A DNA stretch of 64,000 nt. Source: an uncultured Eubacteriales bacterium. Its GTDB lineage: Bacteria; Bacillota; Clostridia; Oscillospirales; CAG-272. The notes below the pieces were generated by a model. That model saw only the letters and a list, made by a program, of their open reading frames with translations. It did no database searches and was not told the DNA's origin. Positions within the stretch are counted from its first letter, which is position 1. Each line of letters begins with the position of its first letter. Shown one piece after another: positions 1 through 10,737 of the stretch. The stretch covers positions 17,101 through 81,100 of the forward strand of contig CAKSDP010000002.1 in NCBI GenBank assembly GCA_934446065.1, read 5' to 3'. The position numbers were made by a program, and so were the translations under genes.

Positions 1-166
1 CGGCGGTAACTATCGCCACCTTCTTCTCGCCGTTGTCTATGAACATACAAGCCGCGTACAGTGGATCGTGAATTCCCTCGTTCGGGCGGGGGCAATGGGG
101 GTATCCGGTCAGCTGGACACCCTTTTTCGGGGAAATATCTACAAGAGACATACCGATTTTAAGCAT
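1..166 (-). CDS. Partial CDS (N-terminal 55 aa, runs off window edge): neutral/alkaline ceramidase-like N-terminal domain protein
   Basis: Absent from the ORF track because it is truncated. The minus strand reads ATG at 166..164, then MLKIGMSLVDISPKKGVQLTGYPHCPRPNEGIHDPLYAACMFIDNGEKKVAIVTA. An AAGGAAG Shine-Dalgarno lies about 9 nt upstream. The GYP..R...GIHDPLYA pattern recalls ceramidase-family N-termini (memory only). Same strand, 41 nt downstream of the NagA-like gene. Confidence 0.4.
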   Translation of the reverse strand, partial: MLKIGMSLVDISPKKGVQLTGYPHCPRPNEGIHDPLYAACMFIDNGEKKVAIVTA

Positions 167-207
167 AATACGGTCTTCCTTTCTGACAGCACGGCTGTCA
201 GTAAAAT

Positions 208-1314
208 TTAGTTTGCGCCGGATTTGATTATCCGCACGAGATTCAGCTTGTCATCTACGATGAGCACATTGCCGCGCCTGCCCTCTCTGAGGCTGCCGAC
301 TTTGTCGCTCATGCGGATCGCTGTCGCGGGATTTTCCGACGTAATTGCGAACACTTCGGGGATACTGAAGCCGAGCGCGAGAAAATTACGCGCCACGGCG
401 TCCATTGTGAGCTTGCTTCCCATGAGGTCGCTGCCGACAAAGTTTACGTCCGAATCGTCGATACTGCCGGTGCAGGCATCGGTGATACCGATGATCCTGC
501 CGCATCCGACTGTTTTTGCCGTGAGACGCACCATGTCAGGACGGACGTGTATCCCTGCGCTGTCGCAGATGATCTCGTAATACATATCGTCGCACAGGAG
601 AGCGGCGGAACAGAAGGAGGTTTCGATGGTTCCGCCCCAACGGGTCGGTGAAACGGATGTGCCTGTCGCATCATAAAGGTGCGTGACAATGCGCGCGCCG
701 CCTGCGTTTGCTGCATACACCTGCTCGGGCGATGCGGCAGAGTGCCCGATCGCCGGAACGATGCCGAGTGATACGATGTACCGCAGAAACTCCGCCGTGC
801 CGTCGACTTCGGGGGCGAATGTCCACTGCCGTACAACGCCGGTTGCGGCAAGCTCGCGGTATTTTTCGGGGCATACCGGTGTCTCATAGCCTGCGGCGGC
901 ACCGTATGAGGGATTGAGATACGGTCCCTCGAGATGGACGCCGAGCACATTTGAGCCTGCAAGCATGATCTTTTTTACGGCGTTTATATACCTTACGGTA
1001 TTTTCGTGACCGAGATCACGGTAGAATGTCAGGAGCATTCCGGTCGTGCCGTGCGACAGGTGGTAGTCTGCGACATACTGCGGGTCCTCATAGGCGTAGT
1101 ATTCGCCGCCTGCGTGGCAGTGTATGTCAACAAATCCGGGTGCTATGATGTTGTCGGTGCGGATTACCTCACCAATCGCAGGTGCGCCTGCGGCGCCGCC
1201 GGAGTATTTTATAATGCCGTTCTCGACCGAGACCGCGCCGTCCTCAATGATCCTTCCGGCGAGTACAAGTCTGCCGTACAGGGTAAAATCCGAAAGATAA
1301 TCGGGTGTCATCAA
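208..1314 (-). CDS. nagA: N-acetylglucosamine-6-phosphate deacetylase-like amidohydrolase
   Basis: 368-aa ORF. It carries the amidohydrolase metal-site motif PGFVDIHCHAGG, plus GVHLEGPYLNP and IGITDA motifs as in the NagA family. 4-nt ATGA overlap with the upstream NagB-like gene. Confidence 0.72.
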   Translation of the reverse strand: MMTPDYLSDFTLYGRLVLAGRIIEDGAVSVENGIIKYSGGAAGAPAIGEVIRTDNIIAPGFVDIHCHAGGEYYAYEDPQYVADYHLSHGTTGMLLTFYRDLGHENTVRYINAVKKIMLAGSNVLGVHLEGPYLNPSYGAAAGYETPVCPEKYRELAATGVVRQWTFAPEVDGTAEFLRYIVSLGIVPAIGHSAASPEQVYAANAGGARIVTHLYDATGTSVSPTRWGGTIETSFCSAALLCDDMYYEIICDSAGIHVRPDMVRLTAKTVGCGRIIGITDACTGSIDDSDVNFVGSDLMGSKLTMDAVARNFLALGFSIPEVFAITSENPATAIRMSDKVGSLREGRRGNVLIVDDKLNLVRIIKSGAN

Positions 1315-2243
1315 TATCCGACCTTCTCAAAGCATCCGAAGGGCTTTGCAATATCCTCGCTCATGTACACATCGGTATCCATAAGCTGAAGGATGGATGC
1401 GGGAACCTGCGGGGTCACCTCGCCGAAGCAGACGAGACGGGACGTCATTCTCTGCCAGCTTGAGAACTGACCCATGGTGGTGAGGTCATGCGACTCCATA
1501 CGTGCTCTTGCGCGCTTTACGTCAGCGGGACCGATCGTTGCGGCTCTCGGAGGAACGTGAGCGATATCGCCGGAGCAGCCGAATACGCCGTGAAGCGAAT
1601 TCTGCATGATAGTCATCGGATTGAGCGTGACAACGCGGGCATCCATATCGAGGAACTCCTCAAGACCGGAGCAAGCAAACTCGGGGGTATCGGGGTCGAT
1701 GAAAGCGATATGGCCTGCCCAGCCGGGACCGCTGTAACAGATATCTGCGCCGCCCTCTCCGCACTCGGTGATCATCTTGGAATAGTCATTGATGTTCTCC
1801 GTGGTGGGATAGTGGATGTGGTCAAGCGGCATTCTCAGATCCTCGCGGATCGAGCCGTAGAAATACTTGAGCTGCGAATATGTAAAACCGGACTGATAAG
1901 TCGCGGGTGCGATATTGCCGTCGTTGTCAGCCCACTCGTCCATGGTGAATACATAGACGTTGCGGCAGTTGATGTTGTTGAGGTTGATGATCTCCGCAAC
2001 CGAGCAGTAGATGACGGGACAGGGATTCGGGAGGATCATTACGACTTTCTCGTTGAGTATATCGGAGCGCTGAATGCGAGCAACCATATCGCCGATCCAT
2101 ATAGCGCCGGGGTTATCAACGATGTGAATACGGAAGTTGGGATTGGGATGACGTGTCATCTCCTCACGGGTGATGTTACGGCATCTCTCGAGCACCTCTT
2201 CGTTTTTGTACGGAACGAAATCCGCAGGCTTGAATTTGAACAT
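1311..2243 (-). CDS. Glucosamine-6-phosphate deaminase/isomerase-like protein (NagB superfamily, long form)
   Basis: 310-aa ORF. FTMDEW and GPGWAGHIAFIDP parallel E. coli NagB FNMDEY and GVGNDGHIAFNEP. About 45 aa longer than canonical NagB. Confidence 0.65.
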   Translation of the reverse strand: MFKFKPADFVPYKNEEVLERCRNITREEMTRHPNPNFRIHIVDNPGAIWIGDMVARIQRSDILNEKVVMILPNPCPVIYCSVAEIINLNNINCRNVYVFTMDEWADNDGNIAPATYQSGFTYSQLKYFYGSIREDLRMPLDHIHYPTTENINDYSKMITECGEGGADICYSGPGWAGHIAFIDPDTPEFACSGLEEFLDMDARVVTLNPMTIMQNSLHGVFGCSGDIAHVPPRAATIGPADVKRARARMESHDLTTMGQFSSWQRMTSRLVCFGEVTPQVPASILQLMDTDVYMSEDIAKPFGCFEKVGY

Positions 2244-2288
2244 GACTGTATCTCCTTAAAAAATTTTTTCTTTGTTAGAATATCCGCC

Positions 2289-3584
2289 TCAGCGAGGCAG
2301 GAATTTTTGTGCCGCCGACGCACCGGGCATATTTTTCTCGGATGCGAGGATCGCTGCACCGAGTGCAGCCGTTTCGGGAGTGCTCAGTGCGACCACCTCT
2401 CTTGAAGAAACATCGGCAAGGATCTGACACCAGATCCGGCTCTTCGATCCGCCGCCGAATACCGTGAGCGAGTCACAGCCGCCCATATCGGCGGCAAATT
2501 CGGCAATGCGCATTGCAACTCCCTCGAAAAGTGCGTAAACGATATTTCCGGTCGTGGTTTTAAGCGTTATTCCGGATATCGTTCCGCCGCAGGTGAGGTC
2601 GGTGTCAAATACTGTTCCGTCGGAGCCGCCGGCTTCTTCCGCAAGGCGGTCAAGCTCTTTATATGTGAGGTCTGCAAATATGGCGCTCTGCGCCCATTTC
2701 AGTGCCGCTCCGCTTGTGGCTACGACACCTTCGTATGAATAGAACTCCTCATTGAAGCGGAAACGGGAAAAATCCGTTTTTTCGGGGAGATTTCGCGTAA
2801 GCTTTGTCACAGCGGTGGCGGTGCCGAACGACACCGTTACGTTTGCCTCACCGATTCCGGCGCCGATGGCTGCGATCTTCTGATCCTGTCCGCCGAGATA
2901 CACGGCGCACTTGCGCGATATGCCGAGCATATCGGCTACGTCGGGCAAAATATATCCGAGGCGCTCGCCCATACAGGCGACCTCCGGCAGGAGCCGTTCG
3001 TCAACTCCTGCTGCGTCGAGCAGCGAGCTGTCATAACGCTTGTTTTTTATATCAAATGCCATTGTGCCTCCGGCGATCGTGTAATCGCACACGGCACGTC
3101 CGCACAGCCGAAGATTCAGAAAATCAAGCGGAAGCAGGAACTTGTGTGCCGCGCCGTACAGTTCCGGTTCGTGGCGCTTCAGCCACATGAGCTTGGGCAG
3201 CGTATATTCCGCGCTTACGAATTTTCCAGTCGTCCGGTACACGGTATCGCGACCGACGGTGTCCTCGAAATATTCCTTTTCCTCAACGGCGCGTGTGTCA
3301 AGCCATGATATGGCATTTGCCATGGCTCTGCCGTGGATGTCAACGGGGACAACGGCTATTCCCTGCGTACTTATGGAGATACCGGCGATATCGGAGCCGA
3401 AGTCTCCTCTGACTGCGGTGATTCCTTCGCAGACAAGCTCCCACCATTTGTCGGCGTCCTGCTCGACAAACGATCCGCGGCAGATGAGAGGGTATTCTTT
3501 ATTGAACTGTGAGACAATTTTGCCGGAGCGGTCGAACAGCACGACTTTGCATCCGGTTGTTCCGAGATCCACACCGATGTACAT
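2289..3584 (-). CDS. FGGY-family carbohydrate kinase (xylulokinase-like)
   Basis: The track ORF is 2289..3641. The family N-terminus MYIGVDLGTTGCKVVLFD begins at the internal ATG at 3584, and the 19 aa upstream look like a spurious extension. C-terminal FGGGSKS motif present. Confidence 0.8.
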   Translation of the reverse strand: MYIGVDLGTTGCKVVLFDRSGKIVSQFNKEYPLICRGSFVEQDADKWWELVCEGITAVRGDFGSDIAGISISTQGIAVVPVDIHGRAMANAISWLDTRAVEEKEYFEDTVGRDTVYRTTGKFVSAEYTLPKLMWLKRHEPELYGAAHKFLLPLDFLNLRLCGRAVCDYTIAGGTMAFDIKNKRYDSSLLDAAGVDERLLPEVACMGERLGYILPDVADMLGISRKCAVYLGGQDQKIAAIGAGIGEANVTVSFGTATAVTKLTRNLPEKTDFSRFRFNEEFYSYEGVVATSGAALKWAQSAIFADLTYKELDRLAEEAGGSDGTVFDTDLTCGGTISGITLKTTTGNIVYALFEGVAMRIAEFAADMGGCDSLTVFGGGSKSRIWCQILADVSSREVVALSTPETAALGAAILASEKNMPGASAAQKFLPR

Positions 3585-3653
3585 AATATCCTCGTGATTT
3601 TTATATGAATAAATTATAATATTTGACGCGTAATTTGTCAATATATGTTACAC

Positions 3654-5009
3654 TCAGAGAGTAAAAAACATCTGCGCAACATTGACGTATATCAGCAGTG
3701 CCACGGCATCAACGATGGTCGTGATGAACGGACTCGCCATCACGGCGGGGTCGAAGCCTATGCGCTTCGCGAGAATCGGCAGCGTACAGCCGATAGATTT
3801 TGCGACGATGACGGTCATCGCGAGCGTGATGCATACTGCAAGTGCAACGAGAGGCGTTACTCTGTCAACAACGAGCATCTTGCCGAAGTTGAGCACGGCA
3901 AGTGAGATACCGCACATTATTGCGACGCGCGCCTCTTTCCAGATGATCCTCAGGATATCGCCCATGTGTATCTCGCCGAGCGACATACCGCGGATGATCG
4001 TAACTGACGACTGACCTCCGGCATTTCCGCCGGTGTCCATGATCATGGGAATATATGCGATGAGCGCCGCCTGTGCCGCAAGCGCGTGTTCAAAACGCAT
4101 CAGTATATTGCTTGTGACGGTTGCGGAGACCATCAGCAGCAAAAGCCACGGGACACGCTTGAAATATATATCGAACACGCTTGTCTTGAGGTACGGCTTT
4201 TCCGACGGTGTGATAGCCGCCATGATCTCCATATCCTCGGTGTCCTCGTCGCGCAGAACATCCATTGCGTCGTCGAATGTGACGATACCGACAAGGCGGT
4301 TTTCCGTATCAACTACCGGTATTGCGAGGAAGTCGTATTTGTCGAGAAGCTTTACCACGTCCTCTTTATCCATGTGAGTTCCGGCGGAGATAATCGTGGT
4401 CTCCATAAGCTCGCCGATCTCGGCGTCGTTTCCGCCGAGGATCATGTCCTTGACTGTTGTGACACCGATGAGCCTGCGCCCGTCGTCGGTGACGTAGCAG
4501 GTGTAGATAGTCTCTTTGTCAACGCCTGTTGCGCGCATTCGATCAAACGCTTCTGCAACGGTCATATGGGCGCGAAGCTCGACGAACTCCGTTGTCATTA
4601 TCGAGCCTGCGGAATCCTTGGGATAGTTGAGAAGCTGGTTTATAAGGGAGCGCGTCTCCGGTGATGCGTTGGAGAGGATACGTTTTACGACGTTTGCGGG
4701 CATCTCCTCAATGATATCGACTGTGTCGTCGAGGAACAGCTCCTCTATCATTTCCGAAATCTCTTTATCGGTGAATTTTTCGATAAACGAGCGCTGCATA
4801 TCGGCTTCCATTTCGACGAATGTGTCCGCTGCAAGATCCTTCGGAATAATGCGGAAGAGCACGAGCGCCTCCTCGGTGTCACACTTGCCGATCAGAGCCG
4901 CGACGTCGGCAGGCTCCATATCTTCAAGTTTTCGTCGCAAAGAGGCAAAGTCTTTCTTTTCAAAAAGCTCTCTTACTGTGTCAGCAGTGTTGCGTACTTC
5001 GTTTTCCAT
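3654..5009 (-). CDS. mgtE: Magnesium transporter MgtE
   Basis: 451 aa. Acidic N-terminal domain, a tandem CBS-like region, and a C-terminal TM domain with DTGGNAGGQSS, typical of MgtE. Confidence 0.92.
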   Translation of the reverse strand: MENEVRNTADTVRELFEKKDFASLRRKLEDMEPADVAALIGKCDTEEALVLFRIIPKDLAADTFVEMEADMQRSFIEKFTDKEISEMIEELFLDDTVDIIEEMPANVVKRILSNASPETRSLINQLLNYPKDSAGSIMTTEFVELRAHMTVAEAFDRMRATGVDKETIYTCYVTDDGRRLIGVTTVKDMILGGNDAEIGELMETTIISAGTHMDKEDVVKLLDKYDFLAIPVVDTENRLVGIVTFDDAMDVLRDEDTEDMEIMAAITPSEKPYLKTSVFDIYFKRVPWLLLLMVSATVTSNILMRFEHALAAQAALIAYIPMIMDTGGNAGGQSSVTIIRGMSLGEIHMGDILRIIWKEARVAIMCGISLAVLNFGKMLVVDRVTPLVALAVCITLAMTVIVAKSIGCTLPILAKRIGFDPAVMASPFITTIVDAVALLIYVNVAQMFFTL

Positions 5010-5078
5010 TGGTTGTTACCTGCCTTTCTTTGCGTAGTTGTATATATGGCGGCGCAGTACGACACCGTACATATCGTA

Positions 5079-5759
5079 TCAATCCTTGTATGAGCTCTCT
5101 GCGGCAAGCCTGATGTTTTTCACGGCTTCCGCCATGTCAGGTGCGCCGAAGGATGCCGTTCCGACAACGAACATTGACGATCCGGCTGCAGCTGCGCGAG
5201 ATACCGTTGCGGTGTCGATCCCGCCGTCGGTCTGCACGGGAATATCGCGGCCCGCAGCGCGGACGAGGCTTTTGATCTCACGCACCTTCGGGAGGACGTA
5301 ATCCATGAATTTCTGACCGCCGAATCCCGGCTCGACCGTCATTACGAGAGCCATATCTATAAGCTCTGCATACGGTGCGATCAGCGCTGCGTCCTCACCC
5401 GGTTTCACCGATACTGCGGCGCTCATTCCGAGGTCGCGGATCTCGCGGAGGATCGCGGCGGTTTCATCCTCGCTGTAAAGCCCGAGATGGATCGTCACGT
5501 TTGACGCTCCCGCGCGGCGCAGAACCTCGAGATATTTACCGGGGCATACTGTCATCATATGACAGTCGAGAGGGAGATCTGTGATGCTCCCTATACGGCG
5601 GATAACGTCAAAGCCGAAGCTGATATTCGGCACATACACGCCGTCCATCACGTCAAGGTGCAGGATATCTGCACCGGCGGACTCGGCTCGCTTTATTTCA
5701 TCTTCAAGGTGCAGCATATCTGATGCGAGCACCGACGGGCAAATCTTGATCTCGGACAA
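5079..5759 (-). CDS. rpe: Ribulose-phosphate 3-epimerase
   Basis: The track ORF extends to 5876. The conserved core ICPSVLASD...ADILHLDVMDGVYVPNISFG identifies Rpe. The likely start is TTG at 5759, with a GAGG RBS 8 nt upstream, giving 226 aa. The alternative ATG at 5798 has no RBS. Confidence 0.85.
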   Translation of the reverse strand: MSEIKICPSVLASDMLHLEDEIKRAESAGADILHLDVMDGVYVPNISFGFDVIRRIGSITDLPLDCHMMTVCPGKYLEVLRRAGASNVTIHLGLYSEDETAAILREIRDLGMSAAVSVKPGEDAALIAPYAELIDMALVMTVEPGFGGQKFMDYVLPKVREIKSLVRAAGRDIPVQTDGGIDTATVSRAAAAGSSMFVVGTASFGAPDMAEAVKNIRLAAESSYKD

Positions 5760-6062
5760 GGCTATAACCTCACATATAAAATATTTTTTCGCGGACATCC
5801 GTTGAAACTGACGTATATCCGGCGGTGATTTTCCGTTTGCGGAAGATCGCAGACGATACGGCGCGGCAGCCGACACTCATGTGTGTGTCATATGCCGTGC
5901 TGCGGCATATCCTGTAAGTGTCGGGTGAAAAACTTCCCTGACGATCTCCTCCGGCAGATCATACGCCGGCGAGACGGAGGAGAGACAAAAACAAGGACGT
6001 AAAAGCTGCGCCGTCTTGCCGGCGTTTCACATACCGCCGCCGCATTTGCGGCGGCGGAGTTT

Positions 6063-6536
6063 TTATTCTTCCGACAAAAGGCAGACGGCGTGAACGCGCA
6101 CACCCTCGAGCCTGCCGGTGAATCCCATTTTTTCTTCGGTCGTCGCTTTTATATTGAGTCTTGCCGGATCAATGCCGGCGGCTTTTGCGGTGTTATTCCG
6201 CATTGCATCAATATACGGCGAGAGCTTCGGCATTTGTGCGATAACGGTGACATCTATATACTCGATCGCAAATCCTGCCGCGCGTACCGCGTCGGCACAT
6301 TCACGAAGGAGACGGCGGCTGTCGGCATTCTTGTATGCTTCGTCAGTGTCAGGGAAATGCGCTCCTATATCGGGCATTCCCGCAGCACCGAACAGTGCGT
6401 CGATAACGGCGTGCAGGAGCACATCGCCGTCCGAATGCGCAAGAAATCCGAACTCGCAGTCAATTGCCGTTGCGCCGAGAACCATTTGTTTGTCGCGGCA
6501 GAAGCGGTGCGCGTCATATCCGTGTCCGATCCTCAC
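6063..6536 (-). CDS. ispF: 2-C-methyl-D-erythritol 2,4-cyclodiphosphate synthase
   Basis: 157 aa. MRIGHGYDAHRF and HSDGDVLLHAVIDALFGA motifs. 4-nt overlap with ispD. Confidence 0.95.
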   Translation of the reverse strand: MRIGHGYDAHRFCRDKQMVLGATAIDCEFGFLAHSDGDVLLHAVIDALFGAAGMPDIGAHFPDTDEAYKNADSRRLLRECADAVRAAGFAIEYIDVTVIAQMPKLSPYIDAMRNNTAKAAGIDPARLNIKATTEEKMGFTGRLEGVRVHAVCLLSEE

Positions 6537-7276
6537 CTGGCATCCCCCCGCTCATCTCTCATTTTTAATATTCCCTCTGCGGCATAAATGTCGCTTTTTG
6601 TTGTGATCTTTATGTTTTCCGTGCCGACCTCGACAAGACGGACCTTGAATCCGAGTCTCTCAGCCATCATGCAGTCGTCCGTAACGGCGGCACCGTCCTT
6701 TTTTGCCATGTAGGCTGCCGCCCTGTACATATTTGTCATAAAGACCTGCGGCGTGCCGATCAGCCATACCTTTGAGCGGTCAACCGTTTCGGTGATGAAC
6801 ATTCCGTCCTCGGAATACTTTACCGTATCGGTGGAGGCGTGTCCCGCTGCTGCGGCGCCGTGTATCCATGCCTCCCTTACGGTGCCTTCGATCATTTCCG
6901 GAGTTACAAGGCATCGCGCACCGTCGTGTATCGCAACGAATTTCGCTTTATCGGATATGCATTCAAATCCGATGAGCGAGGATTCGGCGCGAGTGCTGCC
7001 GCCGGCGGTAACAGTCGTGAGCTTTGTGATATTCTGCTCGTCAAACATTTTGCGGTAATCGTCGGTATCCTCTTTGCGGCATACGACAACGATCTCGCTT
7101 ATTACGCCGCATTTTTCAAATGCGAGAACGGTACGAAGGATAACCGGCATATCGAAAAGGTCGCAATTCTGCTTTTCACCGGCAATATCGGAAAAGCGCT
7201 GCCCCGAACCTGCCGCGAGTATTACCGCTGCGGTGGGTTTGCTTTTTGCAAGTTTCAATATTTCCGAAAGTCCCAT
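6533..7276 (-). CDS. ispD: 2-C-methyl-D-erythritol 4-phosphate cytidylyltransferase
   Basis: AVILAAGSGQRF P-loop-like motif. The start was moved to the internal ATG at 7276 (MGLSEILKLAKSK...); the 29-aa track extension is unsupported. Confidence 0.9.
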   Translation of the reverse strand: MGLSEILKLAKSKPTAAVILAAGSGQRFSDIAGEKQNCDLFDMPVILRTVLAFEKCGVISEIVVVCRKEDTDDYRKMFDEQNITKLTTVTAGGSTRAESSLIGFECISDKAKFVAIHDGARCLVTPEMIEGTVREAWIHGAAAAGHASTDTVKYSEDGMFITETVDRSKVWLIGTPQVFMTNMYRAAAYMAKKDGAAVTDDCMMAERLGFKVRLVEVGTENIKITTKSDIYAAEGILKMRDERGDAR

Positions 7277-7444
7277 AAAAATCGCCTTTCCCGAAAATTT
7301 CAGATGCGGCACCGTGCCTGCACGATCATCACTGTATATTAACCACATTGCATTATACCACATTTTCAGGGAAAAGCATATCCCAAACGCACAAAAAGTC
7401 GGCGAATTACAAAATTTTTACGCCGATACGGCGGCGCCATGACC

Positions 7445-7490
7445 GAAAAAACGGGTACACAGCGGCGCGAGTGCGCTTATGTACCCGTTT
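7445..7490 (-). terminator. Rho-independent terminator after ilvD
   Basis: ACGGGTACA (7451-7459) pairs with TGTACCCGT (7480-7488). An A-run on plus at 7445-7450 gives a U-tract on the minus transcript. Lies 12 nt past the ilvD stop. Confidence 0.75.
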
Positions 7491-7501
7491 TATATAATAA
7501 A

Positions 7502-9166
7502 TTATTTCAGTACGGCTCCGGTGTCGGCGCTGCCGACGAGCTTTGCGTACCTTGCGAGCCATCCCGTTCTGATATTCGGCTCGGGCGCAGTCCACTCCTT
7601 TTTGCGGCGCTCAAGCTCGGCATCATCCACGACTACATTTATGGATGCGTTCGGAATGTCGATCGTGATTGTATCTCCCTCGCATATCAGTGCGATCGGA
7701 CCGCCTGCCGCAGCTTCCGGCGAAACATGGCCGATGGATGCTCCGCGGCTCGCGCCTGAGAATCTGCCGTCGGTTATGAGAGCGACCGTGCGGTCAAGCT
7801 TCATTCCCGCGAGAGCGCTCGTTGGATTGAGCATCTCACGCATTCCGGGACCTCCCATCGGTCCCTCATAGCGTATGACAACTACGTCGCCGTCATGTAT
7901 CTCACCGGAGTATATCGCCTCGATAGCCGTGTCCTCGGAATCGAATACACGTGCGGGTCCGGTATGTGTCAGCATCTCGGGCGCAACGGCGCTCCGCTTT
8001 ACGACACAGCCGTTCGGTGCGATATTGCCCCAGAGGATCTGCAGACCGCCGGTCGCGCTGTACGGATCGTCGATCGGACGTATTGCGGTGCGGTCGAGGA
8101 TCGTCTTTCCCGTGATATTCTCGCGGACGCACTTCCCTGTCACGGTCGGCGCGTCGCCGTCGATCAGACCGCGCGAGAGAAGCTCGCTCAGCACGGCGGG
8201 AACGCCGCCCGCGAGATCGAGCGCCTCCATATGTGTCGGTCCTGCGGGCGCAAGGTGGCACAGATTCGGCGTTTTCGCACTCACCTCATTGAAGGTTTGA
8301 AGGTCAAGCTTTACTCCTGCCTCGTTTGCGATCGCGAGCAGATGCAGAACACTGTTCGTGCTGCATCCGAGCGCCATGTCGCACGCAAGGGCGTTTCTGA
8401 TGGATCTCTCATTGATGATCATGCGGGCGGTGATGCCGTTCTCCACAAGCTTCATTATCGCCATGCCCGCGTGTTTTGCAAGCATGATACGGCGCGAGTT
8501 CACGGCGGGGATCGTACCGTTTCCGGGAAGAGCGATCCCGATCGCCTCGCAAAGACAGTTCATGCTGTTTGCGGTGTACATTCCCGCACAGCTTCCGCAG
8601 CCGGGACAGGCGCGTTCCTCGCACTCCGTCAGCTCCGCTTCCGTTATGATTCCGGCTTTGCAGGCGCCTACGGCCTCAAACAGGTTTGAAAGAGTCGTGC
8701 GCTCGCCGCCGTAGTACCCTGCGAGCATCGGTCCGCCGCTGCACACCACTGCGGGAATATCGAGTCTGACTGCCGCCATCACCATGCCGGGGACTATCTT
8801 GTCGCAGTTCGGCACGAGCACAAGTCCGTCAAGCTGATGCGCCATTGCCATGGTTTCAACGCTGTCGCAGATCAGCTCGCGACTTGCGAGCGAATATTTC
8901 ATTCCGATGTGACCCATTGCGATGCCGTCGCACACGCCGATCGATGGGATAAGAACGGGAGTACCGCCTGCCATGCGTATTCCGGCTTTCACGGCATCGG
9001 CGATCTTGTCAAGGTGGGCGTGTCCGGGGACGATCTCGCTGTGTGCGCTCACGACGCCGATCAGCGGGCGCTCAAGCTCCTCCTTTGTGTAGCCCATCGC
9101 ATAAAACAGGCTGCGGTTCGGCGCTCTCTCCGAGCCGCGTTTTACATTATCGCTGCGATATTCCAT
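7502..9166 (-). CDS. ilvD: Dihydroxy-acid dehydratase
   Basis: 554 aa. N-terminus [17 protein letters not shown], and Cys motifs CDKIVPG and CPGCGSC typical of IlvD. Confidence 0.96.
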   Translation of the reverse strand: MEYRSDNVKRGSERAPNRSLFYAMGYTKEELERPLIGVVSAHSEIVPGHAHLDKIADAVKAGIRMAGGTPVLIPSIGVCDGIAMGHIGMKYSLASRELICDSVETMAMAHQLDGLVLVPNCDKIVPGMVMAAVRLDIPAVVCSGGPMLAGYYGGERTTLSNLFEAVGACKAGIITEAELTECEERACPGCGSCAGMYTANSMNCLCEAIGIALPGNGTIPAVNSRRIMLAKHAGMAIMKLVENGITARMIINERSIRNALACDMALGCSTNSVLHLLAIANEAGVKLDLQTFNEVSAKTPNLCHLAPAGPTHMEALDLAGGVPAVLSELLSRGLIDGDAPTVTGKCVRENITGKTILDRTAIRPIDDPYSATGGLQILWGNIAPNGCVVKRSAVAPEMLTHTGPARVFDSEDTAIEAIYSGEIHDGDVVVIRYEGPMGGPGMREMLNPTSALAGMKLDRTVALITDGRFSGASRGASIGHVSPEAAAGGPIALICEGDTITIDIPNASINVVVDDAELERRKKEWTAPEPNIRTGWLARYAKLVGSADTGAVLK

Positions 9167-9207
9167 TGTGGAATTCCTTTCGTTAATATGCTTATACGCT
9201 TTGTCGC

Positions 9208-10203
<996 letters not shown>

Positions 10204-10227
10204 TTTTGAAATCTCCTTTAGGAAAAA

Positions 10228-10728
10228 TTATTTTGTTTTATATGAAGCGGCGCCGCGCTCAAGGGCGGTAACACCGGTTCTGCACATTTCAAGGATCTCG
10301 TACTCTCCGAGTATCCTCAGAAGCCCGTCGATCTTCGACGGCTCGCCTGTCAGCTCGAGCGTCATGCTGTCGGGCGACAGATCGACGGTCTTTGCCTTGT
10401 AGATATCCGCGATATCCTTTATGGCTCTGCGGTTTGATTCGTCAGCCGCGACCTTTACGAGGAGCAGCTCGCGCAGTATGCTGTGCTCGGGTTCAAGCTC
10501 GAATATTGCGATGACCTCGCACAGCTTTTCCGTCTGACGGATGATCTGCTCAAACGAAGCCTCATCACCGCCGGCTGTGATAGTTATGCGCGATACGGAC
10601 TCATCGTCCGTTGCCGAGACGGTCAGGCTGTCTATGTTGAATCCCCTGCGGCAGAACAGCGCCGAAACTCTTGCAAGGACGCCGGCATGGTTTTCAACAA
10701 GCACGCTTATGTATTTTTTCGCAGTCAT
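10228..10728 (-). CDS. ilvN: Acetolactate synthase small (regulatory) subunit
   Basis: 166 aa. ACT-domain start ISVLVENHAGVLARVSALFCRRGFNIDSL, and position between ilvB and ilvC. Confidence 0.93.
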   Translation of the reverse strand: MTAKKYISVLVENHAGVLARVSALFCRRGFNIDSLTVSATDDESVSRITITAGGDEASFEQIIRQTEKLCEVIAIFELEPEHSILRELLLVKVAADESNRRAIKDIADIYKAKTVDLSPDSMTLELTGEPSKIDGLLRILGEYEILEMCRTGVTALERGAASYKTK

Positions 10729-10737
10729 ATCTAAACC

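Noticed and set aside
1488-2405. 305-aa plus-strand ORF opposite the NagB-like gene
   Set aside because: It is entirely antisense to a gene with clear family motifs. It has Arg/Ala/Gly-rich shadow-frame composition typical of high-GC DNA, and no RBS or recognisable motif.
5010-5078. Possible M-box (Mg2+) riboswitch upstream of mgtE
   Set aside because: Only 69 nt separate the rpe stop from the mgtE start, which is far too short for an M-box of about 160 nt. None of its conserved elements were seen.
5888-6103. 71-aa minus-strand ORF between ispF and rpe
   Set aside because: It overlaps the ispF 3' end, has Arg/Ala-rich composition, and covers GC-rich hairpins (6034-6057 and 5889-5910) that are more likely transcript-end structures.
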